From positions 576,001-640,000 of the forward strand of contig CAWCNS010000011.1 in the NCBI GenBank assembly GCA_963796965.1: a stretch of DNA of 64,000 bases, written 5' to 3'. The translations under genes were made by a program, and so were the position numbers. The notes beneath the pieces were generated by a model. The model saw only the letters and a program-made list of their open reading frames with translations. It did no database searches and was not told the DNA's origin. The stretch is from Calditrichia bacterium. Its GTDB lineage: Bacteria; Calditrichota; Calditrichia; JAJRVZ01. This document shows, piece by piece, positions 22,398 through 33,821 of this stretch; within the stretch, counting starts at the first letter, position 1, and each line of letters begins with the position of its first letter.

Positions 22398-23988
22398 TGT
22401 GGATCTCCTGCTCTTCCTCTTCCGCTACTTCATTAAGAATTAATCGTATCCCCTCCATTGCTTCTTTGGCATAAAGATCATCATCTCCACGCTGTCTTCT
22501 CACCCGCTCCCGGTAATAATGGAGGGCTTTATCCCTATCCCCGGCTAATCTATGGATGGCACCGATATAGAGATAGGCATCGGGATAGTCATTCAAATCT
22601 ATCGCTTTGTTAAAAAGGTCCTTGGCCCGGTCATATTCTTTTAAGTGGAAATAACAAATACCGAGATTGTAGTTATGGAGTGCTGAATTTTCTGAGAGGA
22701 TAACCAATTTTTCGAATATCTGAACCGCTTCTCTTGTATATTTTGACTGCAATAGGATTTTACCTAAAAGAGCCAATATCTTCTCATTATTTGGATTTAA
22801 TCTAGTAAAGTTTTGAAGATATTCTATAGATTTTATTGTTTTAGGATTAGTTGAGGCCGCAGTTCCGGTCGTATAAAGTTCATTGGCATATTCATATACA
22901 GCCTCCCAGTACCCTGGGTCGAGTTTCACGGCGTTCAACAATACCTCATCCCGGGTTTTAAATCCCCTTTCTTCATACCGGCTTGGATGAAGGAAACTGA
23001 GATAGTAATAAATACGGGCGTTATATCTATCCTGGGTGATCGCCTTTTCCAGACATATGGCTGCCATTTCATAATTTTTGATCTGTTGATACATTCTGGC
23101 CAGAATGATATTCAGATCAGCGGTGTCTTGTCCTTCTCTGCTATACGGAATAATCAAATTATAAAGTTTCCGAAACCAGGGGTTGGAGAATTGTGTATCC
23201 TTCATTGTTGGCCATACTTTATCCTCATTCTCCTCAATACCTTTATCAAGATAAGCCCGGGCTAATAATGCGACCTGATGAGAATCCGGCTCTAATCCCA
23301 TCTCAATTACCTGATCGAATTCGTCATCCAATAAGAGTAGTGAGACCTGAGCACTCATTGCCACTTGCTCATCTGTAAGAGCAGCTGCTTTGATCCAGTT
23401 CTTGCTCAGCAGATCAGTATTCTGAGACAGCCATTGCACAATACTCTGCGTGGCCTGGTGATATGAAGAAGCCTGAATATTTATATTATCCCGGCTATTT
23501 GATTGTATTACCTCTACGTCAAGGTTCAAATCGTCATTTTTCTTATTCACTTTTCCAGAAATGACCATACCCATATCTAATTTTTCAGCAAGTATGAGGC
23601 GGTATGAGCGATCTGATAGAGAATCTTTATTTGACGTTTGATAATACCATTCCCAGGGATGATTTGTGTAGTTTTTATTTAGTTGTCCGCTTAATTGACG
23701 TTGCAAAGCAGCAGAAATAGAATAGTCCAGGACATTCTCATTTTCAAAGGGCAGTATTAGAACCCGATCCGGGAGACCAGGAGGACGGAGCACAAACCAC
23801 AGGATGGCATAAATACCCAGCAGAAAAACATTGGCTTTACTTGCTTTTCTTATATACTCGTGTTTGGTAAATAATTTTGAGCTTTTGTAAAGATAGCGTA
23901 GGGCAAGATTGATAACCACCAGCAAAAAGAGCAGGAGTAGTACACCTCCTGGCACCTCACCGGATATGAAATGTAAGAAATCTCGCAT
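22372..23988 (-). CDS. Membrane-anchored TPR protein
   Basis: Two N-terminal TM helices, ILPFEN motif, multiple TPR-like repeats (YNLGICYFHLKEYDRAK). Confidence 0.75.
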   Translation of the reverse strand: MRDFLHFISGEVPGGVLLLLFLLVVINLALRYLYKSSKLFTKHEYIRKASKANVFLLGIYAILWFVLRPPGLPDRVLILPFENENVLDYSISAALQRQLSGQLNKNYTNHPWEWYYQTSNKDSLSDRSYRLILAEKLDMGMVISGKVNKKNDDLNLDVEVIQSNSRDNINIQASSYHQATQSIVQWLSQNTDLLSKNWIKAAALTDEQVAMSAQVSLLLLDDEFDQVIEMGLEPDSHQVALLARAYLDKGIEENEDKVWPTMKDTQFSNPWFRKLYNLIIPYSREGQDTADLNIILARMYQQIKNYEMAAICLEKAITQDRYNARIYYYLSFLHPSRYEERGFKTRDEVLLNAVKLDPGYWEAVYEYANELYTTGTAASTNPKTIKSIEYLQNFTRLNPNNEKILALLGKILLQSKYTREAVQIFEKLVILSENSALHNYNLGICYFHLKEYDRAKDLFNKAIDLNDYPDAYLYIGAIHRLAGDRDKALHYYRERVRRQRGDDDLYAKEAMEGIRLILNEVAEEEEQEIHNEPAADKN

Positions 23989-24076
23989 AAATGATCAGGT
24001 TCTCTAAATTGTTCTAAGTAAATCTAAGGTTAACAGGATGATGACCGGATATTAATCTGTTACATTAATTATGTTT

Positions 24077-24185
24077 GCATAAAGACACAAAGACGCAAAG
24101 AAATCAAATAAAAAGATAAATTATCTACTATCCCAATATTGATAAACATCTCTTATTTTTTATTGGCTTTCTAAGCGTCTTTGTA
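24077..24185. repeat. CACAAAGA/CGCAAAGA inverted-repeat mini element
   Basis: gcataaagacacaaagacgcaaag ... ctttctaagcgtctttgt. Confidence 0.55.
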
Positions 24186-24220
24186 TAAAATAAATATTCC
24201 AGATCCATCAGATATAATAA

Positions 24221-26239
24221 TCAGGCTTGGCTATCGTCTTTCTTATCTCCGGTCGGCTTACTGCTTCGCCGGGTTCTTTTTTTCTTTTCAGCCGGCTCTT
24301 TTTTCTCTGCCTTTGGCGATAATTTTTCACCATTCAATACCTTGTCGATCTGTTCACCATCAAGAATTTCATAGTCCAATAAAGCTGCTGATAAATCATG
24401 TAACTTCTTAAGATTAGCACTCAAAAGATTTTCAGCCGTCTTTTGTGCAGCGTTAATTATCAGGCGAACTTCTTTATCAATTTCCATTGCAGTCGCTTCA
24501 CTGTAATCTCTATGTTGAGAGATTTCTCTCCCCAGAAAAATCTCCTCTTCTTTTTTTCCAAAGGTAACGGGACCAAGTTTTTCACTCATCCCCCATTCGC
24601 AAACCATTTTGCGGGCAATTTCGGTAGCCCTTTCAATATCATTGCCGGCACCTGTCGTAAATTGATTAAGAACAATCTTTTCTGCTGCCCTTCCTCCGAG
24701 CAGTTGGGCCAACATAGAAATTAGATAACTCCTGGAATAATTATGTTTTTCATCAATGGGAAGATATGAGGTCACACCCAAAGCCCGTCCCCGTGGGAAT
24801 AATCGTGACTTTATGAACGGGATCGGTATCAGGTAACAAGCGTGAAACTAATACATGCCCGGATTCATGATAAGCGGTGCTTTTCTTTTCATCTTCGCTA
24901 ATAATCAGCGATTTGCGTTCCATTCCCATCATAACTTTATCTTTTGCTTCTTCAAAATCATCCATGACAACTTTATCACGATTTTTTCTGGCTGCAAGAA
25001 GAGCCGCCTCATTTACCAGATTTGCCAGATCTGCACCGGAAAATCCGGGTGTCCCTTTTGCCAATACTTCCAAATTAATATCTTTAGCCAGAGGAATTTT
25101 TTTTGTATGAACCTTTAAGAATTCCTTCCCGACCTCGCACATCAGGCCGATCAACAACAATTTGACGATCAAATCTTCCCGGTCGCAAAAGGGCTGAATC
25201 AAGCACATCCGGGCGGTTTGTTGCGGCTATCAGGATGACACCTTCTTTTGTATCAAATCCATCCATTTCAACCAACAATTGATTGAGCGTTTGTTCGCGC
25301 TCATCATGACCACCACCTAGACCGGCACCGCGATGCCTGCCAACGGCATCCATTTCATCAATAAAAATGATACAGGGTGCATGTTTTCGGCCTGTTTCAA
25401 ACAGATCCCGAACACGGCTGGCACCAACACCAACAAACATTTCGACAAAATCAGCACCACTCATACTGAAAGGAAAGGAACTCCTGCTTCGCCGGCTACT
25501 GCTTTAGCCAAGAATGTTTTACCCGTTCCCGGAGGTCCCAAGAAGCAGAGCACCTTTTGGAATTTTACCGCCCAATCTTTGAAATTTTGCAGGATCCTTT
25601 AAAAATTCAATAATTTCCTGCAATTCCTGTTTGGCTTCATCTGCACCCGGCCACATCGGCAAAAGTAACTTTCGTTTTATCCTCGGTCACCATTTTTGCA
25701 CGACTTTTCCCAAATGAGAAGATCCCTTTGGTACCGCCCCCCCCTTGCATCCGGCGGGCGATAAATATCCACACCACCAAAATCAAGGATCCAGGGTAAA
25801 GAATTTACAAGGATAACCGTCCATTCACTGGAAGGCGCTACTAAATTGAATTTTTACTCCACGTTCCTCCCACTCTTTCACCATTTCATCATCGACAAAT
25901 GGAAGCACCGTTTTAAACCGGTTTATTGGCTTAGTATTATCTCCAAGTCTGGAAATGCGGTTCTTTGGTCACTCCAATTAATATATTATCTTTGACAATA
26001 ACCTCACCCGATTTGCATATTATCGTCTTTAAGAATTCTCATATATTCAGAATAGGAAATTTGTACCGCACCTTCTTCTCCGCTGGGCCAGAGCGTGCTA
26101 AAAAATATAGCGGCCACGAGGATAGCTATCCAGATCAGACCGGTTTTTGAGGCTTTTTTCCACTGAAATTCATCATCTTCCGTTTTTTGCGGTTTGGATC
26201 CTGATTAGATCGATTATTATCATTCTTATTTTCCTGCAT
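24221..26239 (-). CDS. ftsH: ATP-dependent zinc metalloprotease FtsH (several indels)
   Basis: [60 protein letters not shown]; start at 26239 inferred. Confidence 0.93.
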
Positions 26240-26264
26240 GTACAGACCTTTCCATATTATTTAC

Positions 26265-26823
26265 TCATTCATTACCAACTACATAAATTGCCCGAAGATT
26301 CCTTTTAATTTGTCGATCATCAAGTCCATAGCCGATAACATATTTATCATCTATATCAAATCCTATAAAATCTATTGGCACATCTATTTTTATACGTTCT
26401 TTTTTTCGTAGTAAGGTGGCCACCTTTAATGAGGCTGGCTCAAAAGCCGATAGCATTTTAATTAAAAATTGCACAGACAAACCGGAATCAACTATATCTT
26501 CGACAACAACCACATGCCTTCCTTTAATATCTGCACTTAAAGGTTTTAATACTTTAATATGGCCACTTGATTCCTTCTCATCGCCATAACTTGAAATTCT
26601 TAAAAAATCGATTTCACAATCAAGATTAATATAGCGTATCAGATCTGCCAGAAATATAAATCCACCATTTAAAACACCAATTAAAATGGGAATACTTCCT
26701 TTATACATTTCAGTCATTTCATTCCCAAGACTAACCAGACGTTCATGGATTTGTTCCTCACTGAATCAGAACCGAATAACTGTTATCTAAAAGTATTTCT
26801 TGATCGTTTTTTATTAAACTCAT
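26265..26823 (-). CDS. hpt: Hypoxanthine phosphoribosyltransferase (indel near 26760)
   Basis: GVLNGGFIFLADL, VVEDIVDSGL, VIGYGLD; ATG 26823 overlaps tilS stop. Confidence 0.92.
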
Positions 26824-28185
26824 GTCGTTTTCTTTAATTCCAATTTATAGAATAATTTTGTATCAGCCGTTATTTTAAAATTATCATCAAGTCTGTAACC
26901 AGCAATCCAGATAATCCGATCATTATTGCAAACAATAGGAATTTCTTTTTTCAAAGATATATCTAATTTTAAATCAATAAAAAAATCACTCAATTTTTTG
27001 CGATGATTCATTCCCAATGGTTGAAAATAGTCACCTTTCTGCCAAAAGCGAACAGATAATTGACTGCCACTCTTTTCACCATCAATAAATTCAACATTTT
27101 GGTTATGACGCATCATAACGTCGGCAGCTGTCACCTTCATTACAGTTAAAATGAAATGATCATCGACCTTGACTGGCAGTTTTAGCCCAGTGCATATGAG
27201 TCTGGTCTGATTCTCTGGAATATCGCCAAACAAAATTTGATTCCGTTCTGCGATGGCCATTCCATCATTCAAAAAAGTAATTTTTTTACCCGATTGTGCC
27301 TTTTCGACAAATTCATTCCAGATAATAATAATTTCTATCTGAAACTTTGTAATTTACAGGATAGAGATTTGAAATACAATATTCTATCAATCCCCGTCTT
27401 ATGACCTCATTATAGTTCATGATAAGTTTTTCGGTTTAACAAAATTATTTTACCTGATCTTTTTACGGATAATTTAATCGCTTCCTTTAATTTTTCTTCA
27501 AAAAGATCATTAAACAAGGTCAGATTATGAATGACCTGGATAATATTATGATCGAGATTTTCATCCAGATTATTTTTGAGATAGGGAATAATCTTATGAC
27601 GAAACAAATTCCGTTGAATTGAAAGATCAGAATTGCTTGAATCATCACTATACTTTATTCCCTTTTTACGGGCGTAGGATGTCAATCTCTGACCTGGAAA
27701 AACACAAGATCGGTCTGATAAATCCTGGGCGGGAAGGACGTATTGCCATTAACCCTCTAAGACGAGATCCCTTTGCCAAGCGCATGAGAAAAGTTTCAAT
27801 ATTATCATCACGATTATGGCCGGTTGCAACAACTGCTTTTTTATCGGCGTTGAGAACTGTATGGAAAAAATTATACCGCTCTTCGCGCAAGGAGGTTTCA
27901 GTATATTTCTTCCTATTTTTCTTTAATTCTCCCAGACGTATATCCAGACCATATTGATTCGGCAAGGTCTTTAACAAATGCCTCATCCCGATCACTTTCT
28001 CTGCCTCTTGTCTTATGATTAAAATGCAAAACATGGATTGACACACCGAAGTCATTTTTAAGATGGTTAAGCAGGTTTAATAACACACACGAGTCAATAC
28101 CACCAGAAACAGCAACATAGACTGTATTTATTTCCGCCGGAAGCAGATTATTGGAATGGATAAATTTTTTAATTTTCTCAATCAT
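26820..28185 (-). CDS. tilS: tRNA(Ile)-lysidine synthase (several indels)
   Basis: VAVSGGIDS, HFNHKTRG, GHNRDDNIET, IRPIL, D.SN....QRN..RH, C-terminal KKLSDFFIDLK. Confidence 0.92.
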
Positions 28186-28230
28186 TGAAGAGATTTAAAG
28201 GAGAGAGGTAAAAAGAATTATAAAACTATG

Positions 28231-28304
28231 TAGCGGCGCAGGGATTCGAACCCCGGACACGTGGATTATGATTCCACTGCTCTAACCAACTGAGCTACGC
28301 CGCC
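28231..28304 (-). tRNA. tRNA-Met(CAT), probably elongator
   Basis: GGCGGCGTAGCTCAGTTGGTTAGAGCA GTGGA-ATCATAA-TCCAC ... GTTCGAATC...CGCCGCTA; C3-G70; CCA not encoded. Confidence 0.9.
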
Positions 28305-28307
28305 ATT

Positions 28308-28339
28308 AAAAAAAGGTGGCAGAAGAATCTCTCACCACC
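28308..28339 (-). terminator. Terminator-like hairpin between the two tRNAs
   Basis: GGTGG...CCACC followed by T7 on the minus strand. Confidence 0.55.
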
Positions 28340-28350
28340 CTATATTTTAG

Positions 28351-28424
<74 letters not shown>

Positions 28425-28436
28425 ATTCAGTCTGAC

Positions 28437-28465
28437 AATATAACAAATTTAGTTTTTGAAGTCAA
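28437..28465 (-). promoter_or_regulatory. sigma70 promoter for tRNAs overlapping lpxK 3' end
   Basis: TTGACT-17 nt-TATATT with TG extension, 12 nt before tRNA-fMet. Confidence 0.7.
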
Positions 28466-29492
28466 CATACTCCTGGAGTTTATTCTTGAACTTTTCCAAA
28501 TTGGTGAGCATCCCTATTCTTCTTAGGCCAACCACCTTAATTTCTCCCAAATAGGATGCATCGACCCGCACCAAATCCTTTTCCGTTGTAATCAAATATT
28601 CCGATTGATTTCTTTTTATTTCTTCAACTAAACAAAGGTAGTCTGCTTCGGAATAAAAATGATGATCAGGAAATGTAAGAAATTTATCCACATGAATATG
28701 ATTCAATTCTAAGGTCTTCTGAAATTGCTCTGGATTTGCAATGGCTGCAAAAGCAACACAGCGCTTCCCTTTAAGAATGGAAAGACCACCAATTGGGTTC
28801 AGATCGGTATCAACAATACTCTCAACCTTAAATAAGCAACTGAATTCATTTTCTAATTCTACATTTATATTATCTTGAACCGCATTCCCTTCCGATCCTG
28901 TAAAAACCAGAATATTTGCGCGGCGGAGATGTTTTAGATGCTCTCGCAAGTTCCCCAGAGGCAATATCTTTTCCATATCAATATTCTTTTGGGAATTTAT
29001 TAATACAATATCACAGTCTCTGTGCACATGACGGTGTTGGAAGGCATCATCTAAGAGAATTATTTTTGCACCATAATTATTCACAGCCGTTTCAACTCCA
29101 ATGGCTCTTTTTTCTGAAACGATGACGGGTACCCCAGGATATTTTTTAGCAATTAAATAGGGTTCATCACCACTTTCCTCAACCGGAAGTAGGATTTGCT
29201 TGTCATCGGAAACAATTTGTATACCCTTACTTTTCCGACCATACCCCCTGCTTACAACCACAATTCTTGGGAAATACGGTGAAAGTAATTCAATCAGCAA
29301 CATGGTAAAAGGTGTTTTTCCTGTCCCACCGGCGGTAATATTTCCAACACTTACTACCGGAACTGAGCATATTGATTGTTTAAAGATTCCTTTATCAAAC
29401 AACCAATTTCGGAAATCTGTAATCATTCCATAAATGATTGATAAGGGATATAGAAGAATTTTTATAAATATATTTCTTCGCAGATCTTGCAT
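28449..29492 (-). CDS. lpxK: Tetraacyldisaccharide 4'-kinase
   Basis: VGNITAGGTGKTP, SRGYGR, GDEP, LDDAFQH, FPDHH, TTEKD. Confidence 0.95.
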   Translation of the reverse strand: MQDLRRNIFIKILLYPLSIIYGMITDFRNWLFDKGIFKQSICSVPVVSVGNITAGGTGKTPFTMLLIELLSPYFPRIVVVSRGYGRKSKGIQIVSDDKQILLPVEESGDEPYLIAKKYPGVPVIVSEKRAIGVETAVNNYGAKIILLDDAFQHRHVHRDCDIVLINSQKNIDMEKILPLGNLREHLKHLRRANILVFTGSEGNAVQDNINVELENEFSCLFKVESIVDTDLNPIGGLSILKGKRCVAFAAIANPEQFQKTLELNHIHVDKFLTFPDHHFYSEADYLCLVEEIKRNQSEYLITTEKDLVRVDASYLGEIKVVGLRRIGMLTNLEKFKNKLQEYVDFKN

Positions 29493-29554
29493 GCTATTTG
29501 ATTACCCTGAAATACTCATCTTGTGAAGAGCTTTTAATCAACAAAACAAATGGG

Positions 29555-29652
29555 TCCACGAAATACACGAATTTTTACTATATAGAAATTGGATAATTGC
29601 ATACTAATACTAGTACAAGAATATTTCGTGTTAATTATTGTAATTCGTGGAT
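29555..29652. repeat. 9-mer inverted-repeat mini element
   Basis: tccacgaaatacacgaatt ... atttcgtgttaattattgtaattcgtggat. Confidence 0.75.
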
Positions 29653-29657
29653 TTAAA

Positions 29658-31121
29658 TTATCCTGTCTTACCAAAGAATCTTCTCAGAACCACCTTCTCA
29701 TCCTCCTTAAACAATCCAAGAATGGGAATAAGAAAAGGCATGCCTGCAATTAAAATAAATCTGATTAGGACACCAGGATTTACGGTATAATAAAAAATCA
29801 ATGCCGTAACCAAATAAGTCAGTATCCAGAACATACGTCCATATTCATACTTAATTCTGTACAATTTCTGATTCGCTATGAAAATTGATATCATCATTAC
29901 AAAATAGGCAAAGAATGCAGCAAAAGCGGCACCCATCATCCCGAAAGCCGGCATGAGGTAGAAATTACTGGAAATATTGCATACAGCAGCTAATCCAGTA
30001 AAAATAATCATCCATTCGCTTTTATTCTTAATATAAACACCTACCGTAAGGTTTACATATATGCCATAAAGAAAATAAGCGAGGAGAATGATGGGAATTA
30101 TTTGAATGCCACCCCAATAGGCCTCGCCTAAGAGGGTTTTACCTGGGGCAACAGGCATCTGTACAATATATTCGATAACCATTGTCACACTCAATACCAC
30201 AAAACTACCAACAAAAACAAAATAGGTCATAACCCGGCTGTATATTTCTCTATTATCTTTCTCTTTTGCGATTTTAAGAAAAAATGGTTGCCAGGCTGTA
30301 CGAAATGCCGTAACTAATAGAAGCATAATTGTTCCTAATTTGTGATTTGCTGTATACTCCCCTAATATGTCTTTGTTTAAAAGTCTGGGCATCAAATAAC
30401 GATCGCTAATTTCTACCATCATAAATGCAAGGCTGTTGGGAACCATCGGCAACCCAAATCGGATCAGACTACGAATAGCCGCCCAGGAAAATTCCCCTTT
30501 TAAATATTTAAATTGAAATGGTACAAGCACAATCAAGTTTATTGCTGCTGCGATGATGTTAGCGTATAAAATCCCCTTAACACCCATCTTTAGGAAAACA
30601 ATAAATATGATGTTAAAAATCAACTCAAGCAAAAACCTCCCGACTCTAATCACAGTATAAGCGATGGAGCGCTCTTCGGCTCTAAGAATCAGGTAGGGAA
30701 TATTGCACAGCGTATCCAGGAAGAGAATTCCCGCCGCAATTTTTACAAAAAAGTCATATCCGGAGTCATCAAAAATAATGGATCCTAACGGTTCAGCGAA
30801 AAGAAACACCAGGGCCGAACAAAACAATCCGGTAATGGCTAAGAACTGATAGGCCGAGCGATAGATTGTTTCCCGGGGATGCTCTCCCAAAAAATAATAA
30901 CGCAAAAAAGCCGCATCCATACCATATAGATAAAACACATTCATAAAGGCAATAAATGTATAAATGAGGGCGTAGTCACCAAATTCACTTTTTGTGGCCA
31001 GATATGAGGGATCGGTTAAGATAGGCAGGAGAATCAACCCCTGAAGACGTTGAATAAAGGTTGCGATGGTATAGACGGCTGAATGTTTTGTAAGATTTTT
31101 AACCTGATTAAGAATGGACAT
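29658..31121 (-). CDS. Wzx-like oligosaccharide flippase (MOP family)
   Basis: Multi-TM protein; KNLTKHSAVY, GMDAAFLRYY, FGLPMVP, SDRYL, AFRTAWQPF, GMMGAA. Confidence 0.8.
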   Translation of the reverse strand: MSILNQVKNLTKHSAVYTIATFIQRLQGLILLPILTDPSYLATKSEFGDYALIYTFIAFMNVFYLYGMDAAFLRYYFLGEHPRETIYRSAYQFLAITGLFCSALVFLFAEPLGSIIFDDSGYDFFVKIAAGILFLDTLCNIPYLILRAEERSIAYTVIRVGRFLLELIFNIIFIVFLKMGVKGILYANIIAAAINLIVLVPFQFKYLKGEFSWAAIRSLIRFGLPMVPNSLAFMMVEISDRYLMPRLLNKDILGEYTANHKLGTIMLLLVTAFRTAWQPFFLKIAKEKDNREIYSRVMTYFVFVGSFVVLSVTMVIEYIVQMPVAPGKTLLGEAYWGGIQIIPIILLAYFLYGIYVNLTVGVYIKNKSEWMIIFTGLAAVCNISSNFYLMPAFGMMGAAFAAFFAYFVMMISIFIANQKLYRIKYEYGRMFWILTYLVTALIFYYTVNPGVLIRFILIAGMPFLIPILGLFKEDEKVVLRRFFGKTG

Positions 31122-31184
31122 CAGATTTAGATCCCATGATATTTAAGTAGTAAAGTAATTTGATTCTCGTCATCCGCCATATCG

Positions 31185-31335
31185 TTTTCCACCAATTACA
31201 CTGATTTAGACGAATTTCACTAATTTAATTAATAGAGACTTTAATCCTGAATTGTTGGTAGAATATGAATGCTAATCTCAAAATGACTTAAATTTATTCG
31301 TGTAATTAGTCGTAATTTGTGTAATTCGTGGAAAA
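31185..31335. repeat. 9-mer inverted-repeat element (4 units per arm)
   Basis: ttttccaccaattacactgatttagacgaatttcactaatt ... attcgtgtaattagtcgtaatttgtgtaattcgtggaaaa. Confidence 0.78.
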
Positions 31336-31357
31336 ATCATTACGACCTTGTAAAAGA

Positions 31358-31792
31358 TTATCCGAGAGATTTTAACTTTTTAATGGCCAGCACATAACCT
31401 TTTTTACCATGACCTGATATTACAGATTCACATGCCGGAGCCGTAACCGATATCCTGCGGAAGTCCTCCCTCTCATAGATATTGCTTAAATGGACCTCAA
31501 TAACAGGAACCGGACAGGTTTCTAATGCATCATGGATAGCATATGAATAGTGAGCATAGGCGCCCGGGTTAATAACAATACCATTAATCTCTTCTGACTG
31601 CGATTGAATTCTATCAATAATACTACCTTCGTGATTAGATTGGAAAAATTCGAAATCATCATCTTTAAATGATTCCTGAATATAGCCATTTATCTGATCC
31701 AGAGTTTCAGCTCCATATATAGCCGGATTCCGTTTCCCCAATAAGTTTAAATTGGGACCATTAATGATTAAAATTTTCACCTTAACCTCCAC
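31358..31792 (-). CDS. aroQ: Type II 3-dehydroquinate dehydratase
   Basis: INGPNLNLLG.R, QSNHEG, INPGAYAH, EVHLSN. Confidence 0.95.
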   Translation of the reverse strand: MEVKVKILIINGPNLNLLGKRNPAIYGAETLDQINGYIQESFKDDDFEFFQSNHEGSIIDRIQSQSEEINGIVINPGAYAHYSYAIHDALETCPVPVIEVHLSNIYEREDFRRISVTAPACESVISGHGKKGYVLAIKKLKSLG

Positions 31793-32552
31793 TCTCCAGA
31801 TCCAATGTCAATCCATCATAAGCAAAATTTACATTTTTCGGCAACGACTTACTTCTCAATTCATGGTCAATTTTATGGCTCATATGAATCAGGTAGGTCC
31901 TCGCAGGTTCTATTTTATCTACTTCTTCCAGAGCCTGTGAAACGGTAAAATGTGTGGGATGAAGATTCTCTCGTAGAGCATCCAATATCAATACATCCAA
32001 ATCTTTTAACAAATCATAACTTTCTTCAGGTATAAAACTCACATCTGTACAATAGGCCAGACCACCTATACGGAATCCCAAGATCTGTTGATCACCATGA
32101 AATAGTTTTATGGGGATGACATTTAAATCATTGATATAAAATGGTCCATTTATCTTTTTTGGTTCGAAATTTGGCAGACCCGGACGAAGTTGTCCATCGC
32201 TGAAAGCATAATCAAATATAGTCGTTAATCGCTTTAAAGTACCCGGCTCTGCATAAACGGGAATTCTCTCCCGTTGCAACTGATTAAATCGGCGGAGATC
32301 ATCAATTCCATAGATATGATCGGCATGGGCATGGGTATAAAGCACCCCATCCAAACGGTTTAACGGATTTTTCAATAATTGTTGTCTAAGATCGGGGGTT
32401 GTATCGATTAATAATTTAGTACAATCAGTTTCTATTGAAATAGAGGTTCTAAGTCGTTTATTGCGGGGATCCTCTGAAGTACACACTGGACAGGTACAAT
32501 TTATTATCGGTACACCCTGAGATGTTCCCGTTCCTAAAAAGGTGATTTTCAT
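31782..32552 (-). CDS. MBL-fold hydrolase (PhnP/YcfH-like)
   Basis: LGTGTSQGVP..CTCPVC, DTTPDLRQQ, THAHADH, YCTDV, HMSH. Confidence 0.85.
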   Translation of the reverse strand: MKITFLGTGTSQGVPIINCTCPVCTSEDPRNKRLRTSISIETDCTKLLIDTTPDLRQQLLKNPLNRLDGVLYTHAHADHIYGIDDLRRFNQLQRERIPVYAEPGTLKRLTTIFDYAFSDGQLRPGLPNFEPKKINGPFYINDLNVIPIKLFHGDQQILGFRIGGLAYCTDVSFIPEESYDLLKDLDVLILDALRENLHPTHFTVSQALEEVDKIEPARTYLIHMSHKIDHELRSKSLPKNVNFAYDGLTLDLESGG

Positions 32553-33643
32553 AGTAAAACCGAAAAACTGTCTGCCAATAATTTTTCATCGGAGACCGGT
32601 TTGACAGAAATTTTTCCTATGCCTTCAGGTAAAACCAGATTTATTTTACCCTGACGGATTTTTTTATCCCGCTTCATTATAGAAACAAGTTCCTCGGGAT
32701 TCAGTCTTTTAGTCGTAGGAATCTCTACATCAAATTTATTGATGAGCTCCCCAATACGCATAGCAACATCTTCTTCTATTATATCTTGCTCCTGCGATAC
32801 ATGCAATGCTGATTTCATTCCGAGGAGAACAGCCTGTCCATGCTTTAGGCCTTCATAAGAGAAATATGTTTCTAACGCATGCGCGAAGGTATGTCCCAGG
32901 TTTAAATGAGCGCGGATACCTTGCTCTCGTTCATCATCTTCGACGATCTCTGCTTTAATCCTAGCACAGCTGGAAATTATTTCCATTAATAAGTCCGGTT
33001 CTCTGTATAATATCTTTTCTAGATTGCTTTCCAATCGTATAAAAAGATCACTTTCACTAAGAACGCCATATTTTACGACCTCTCCCATCCCACATACAAA
33101 TTCCTCATCAGGCAGACTCTTTAAAAAGGAAATATCAGCGACAACCATTTTAGGCTGATAAAAAGCACCAATGAGATTTTTACCAAGAGTGTGATTTATA
33201 CCAACTTTCCCGCCGATACTGCTGTCTACCTGCGCTAACAGGGTTGTTGGTATTTGAACCAGGTTAATGCCACGTAAATATGATGCAGCTACAAATCCAG
33301 CCAGATCACCGACCACACCGCCACCTAAAGCCAGAATCGTTGAATTTCTCTCAAACCGGTTCTCGATCAACCAGGTATATAGTTTATCTACAATTTTGCC
33401 AGACTTGCTAATTTCCCCATCAGGAACATCAAAAGTTTTAACTTCCCATGCCGCAGATAAAGAATCCTTTATTTTATTGAGGTAGAGCTGTGATACCGGT
33501 GGGGTTGAAATAATCGCTATCTGTCTGTTTATTTTAAACCTGGTAAGTAATTCAGGTAATTGTGAGACTATTTGGTTCCCAACAAAAATTGGATATCCCC
33601 GTTCTCTTAAATTCACCATTATTTCAATACTTTGTTCACTCAT
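32549..33643 (-). CDS. aroB: 3-dehydroquinate synthase
   Basis: GGGVVGDLAGF, PTTLLAQVDSSIGGK, KNLIGAFYQP, LNLGHTFAHA. Confidence 0.95.
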   Translation of the reverse strand: MSEQSIEIMVNLRERGYPIFVGNQIVSQLPELLTRFKINRQIAIISTPPVSQLYLNKIKDSLSAAWEVKTFDVPDGEISKSGKIVDKLYTWLIENRFERNSTILALGGGVVGDLAGFVAASYLRGINLVQIPTTLLAQVDSSIGGKVGINHTLGKNLIGAFYQPKMVVADISFLKSLPDEEFVCGMGEVVKYGVLSESDLFIRLESNLEKILYREPDLLMEIISSCARIKAEIVEDDEREQGIRAHLNLGHTFAHALETYFSYEGLKHGQAVLLGMKSALHVSQEQDIIEEDVAMRIGELINKFDVEIPTTKRLNPEELVSIMKRDKKIRQGKINLVLPEGIGKISVKPVSDEKLLADSFSVLL

Positions 33644-33821
33644 AACTGCTTTCTTCTCTTCTATGATTCAAGATATCATCTTGCCGCAGAATTACAATAA
33701 TTTTTATTAAACTTGCAAATAGCGTCAATATGAAGATCGGATATTCTTTTAATCCTGTAAAAAGTCTGTGTTGGATTTGGCGAATATTTTGTTTGTCCGA
33801 CTCAAAAATATATGTATTACT

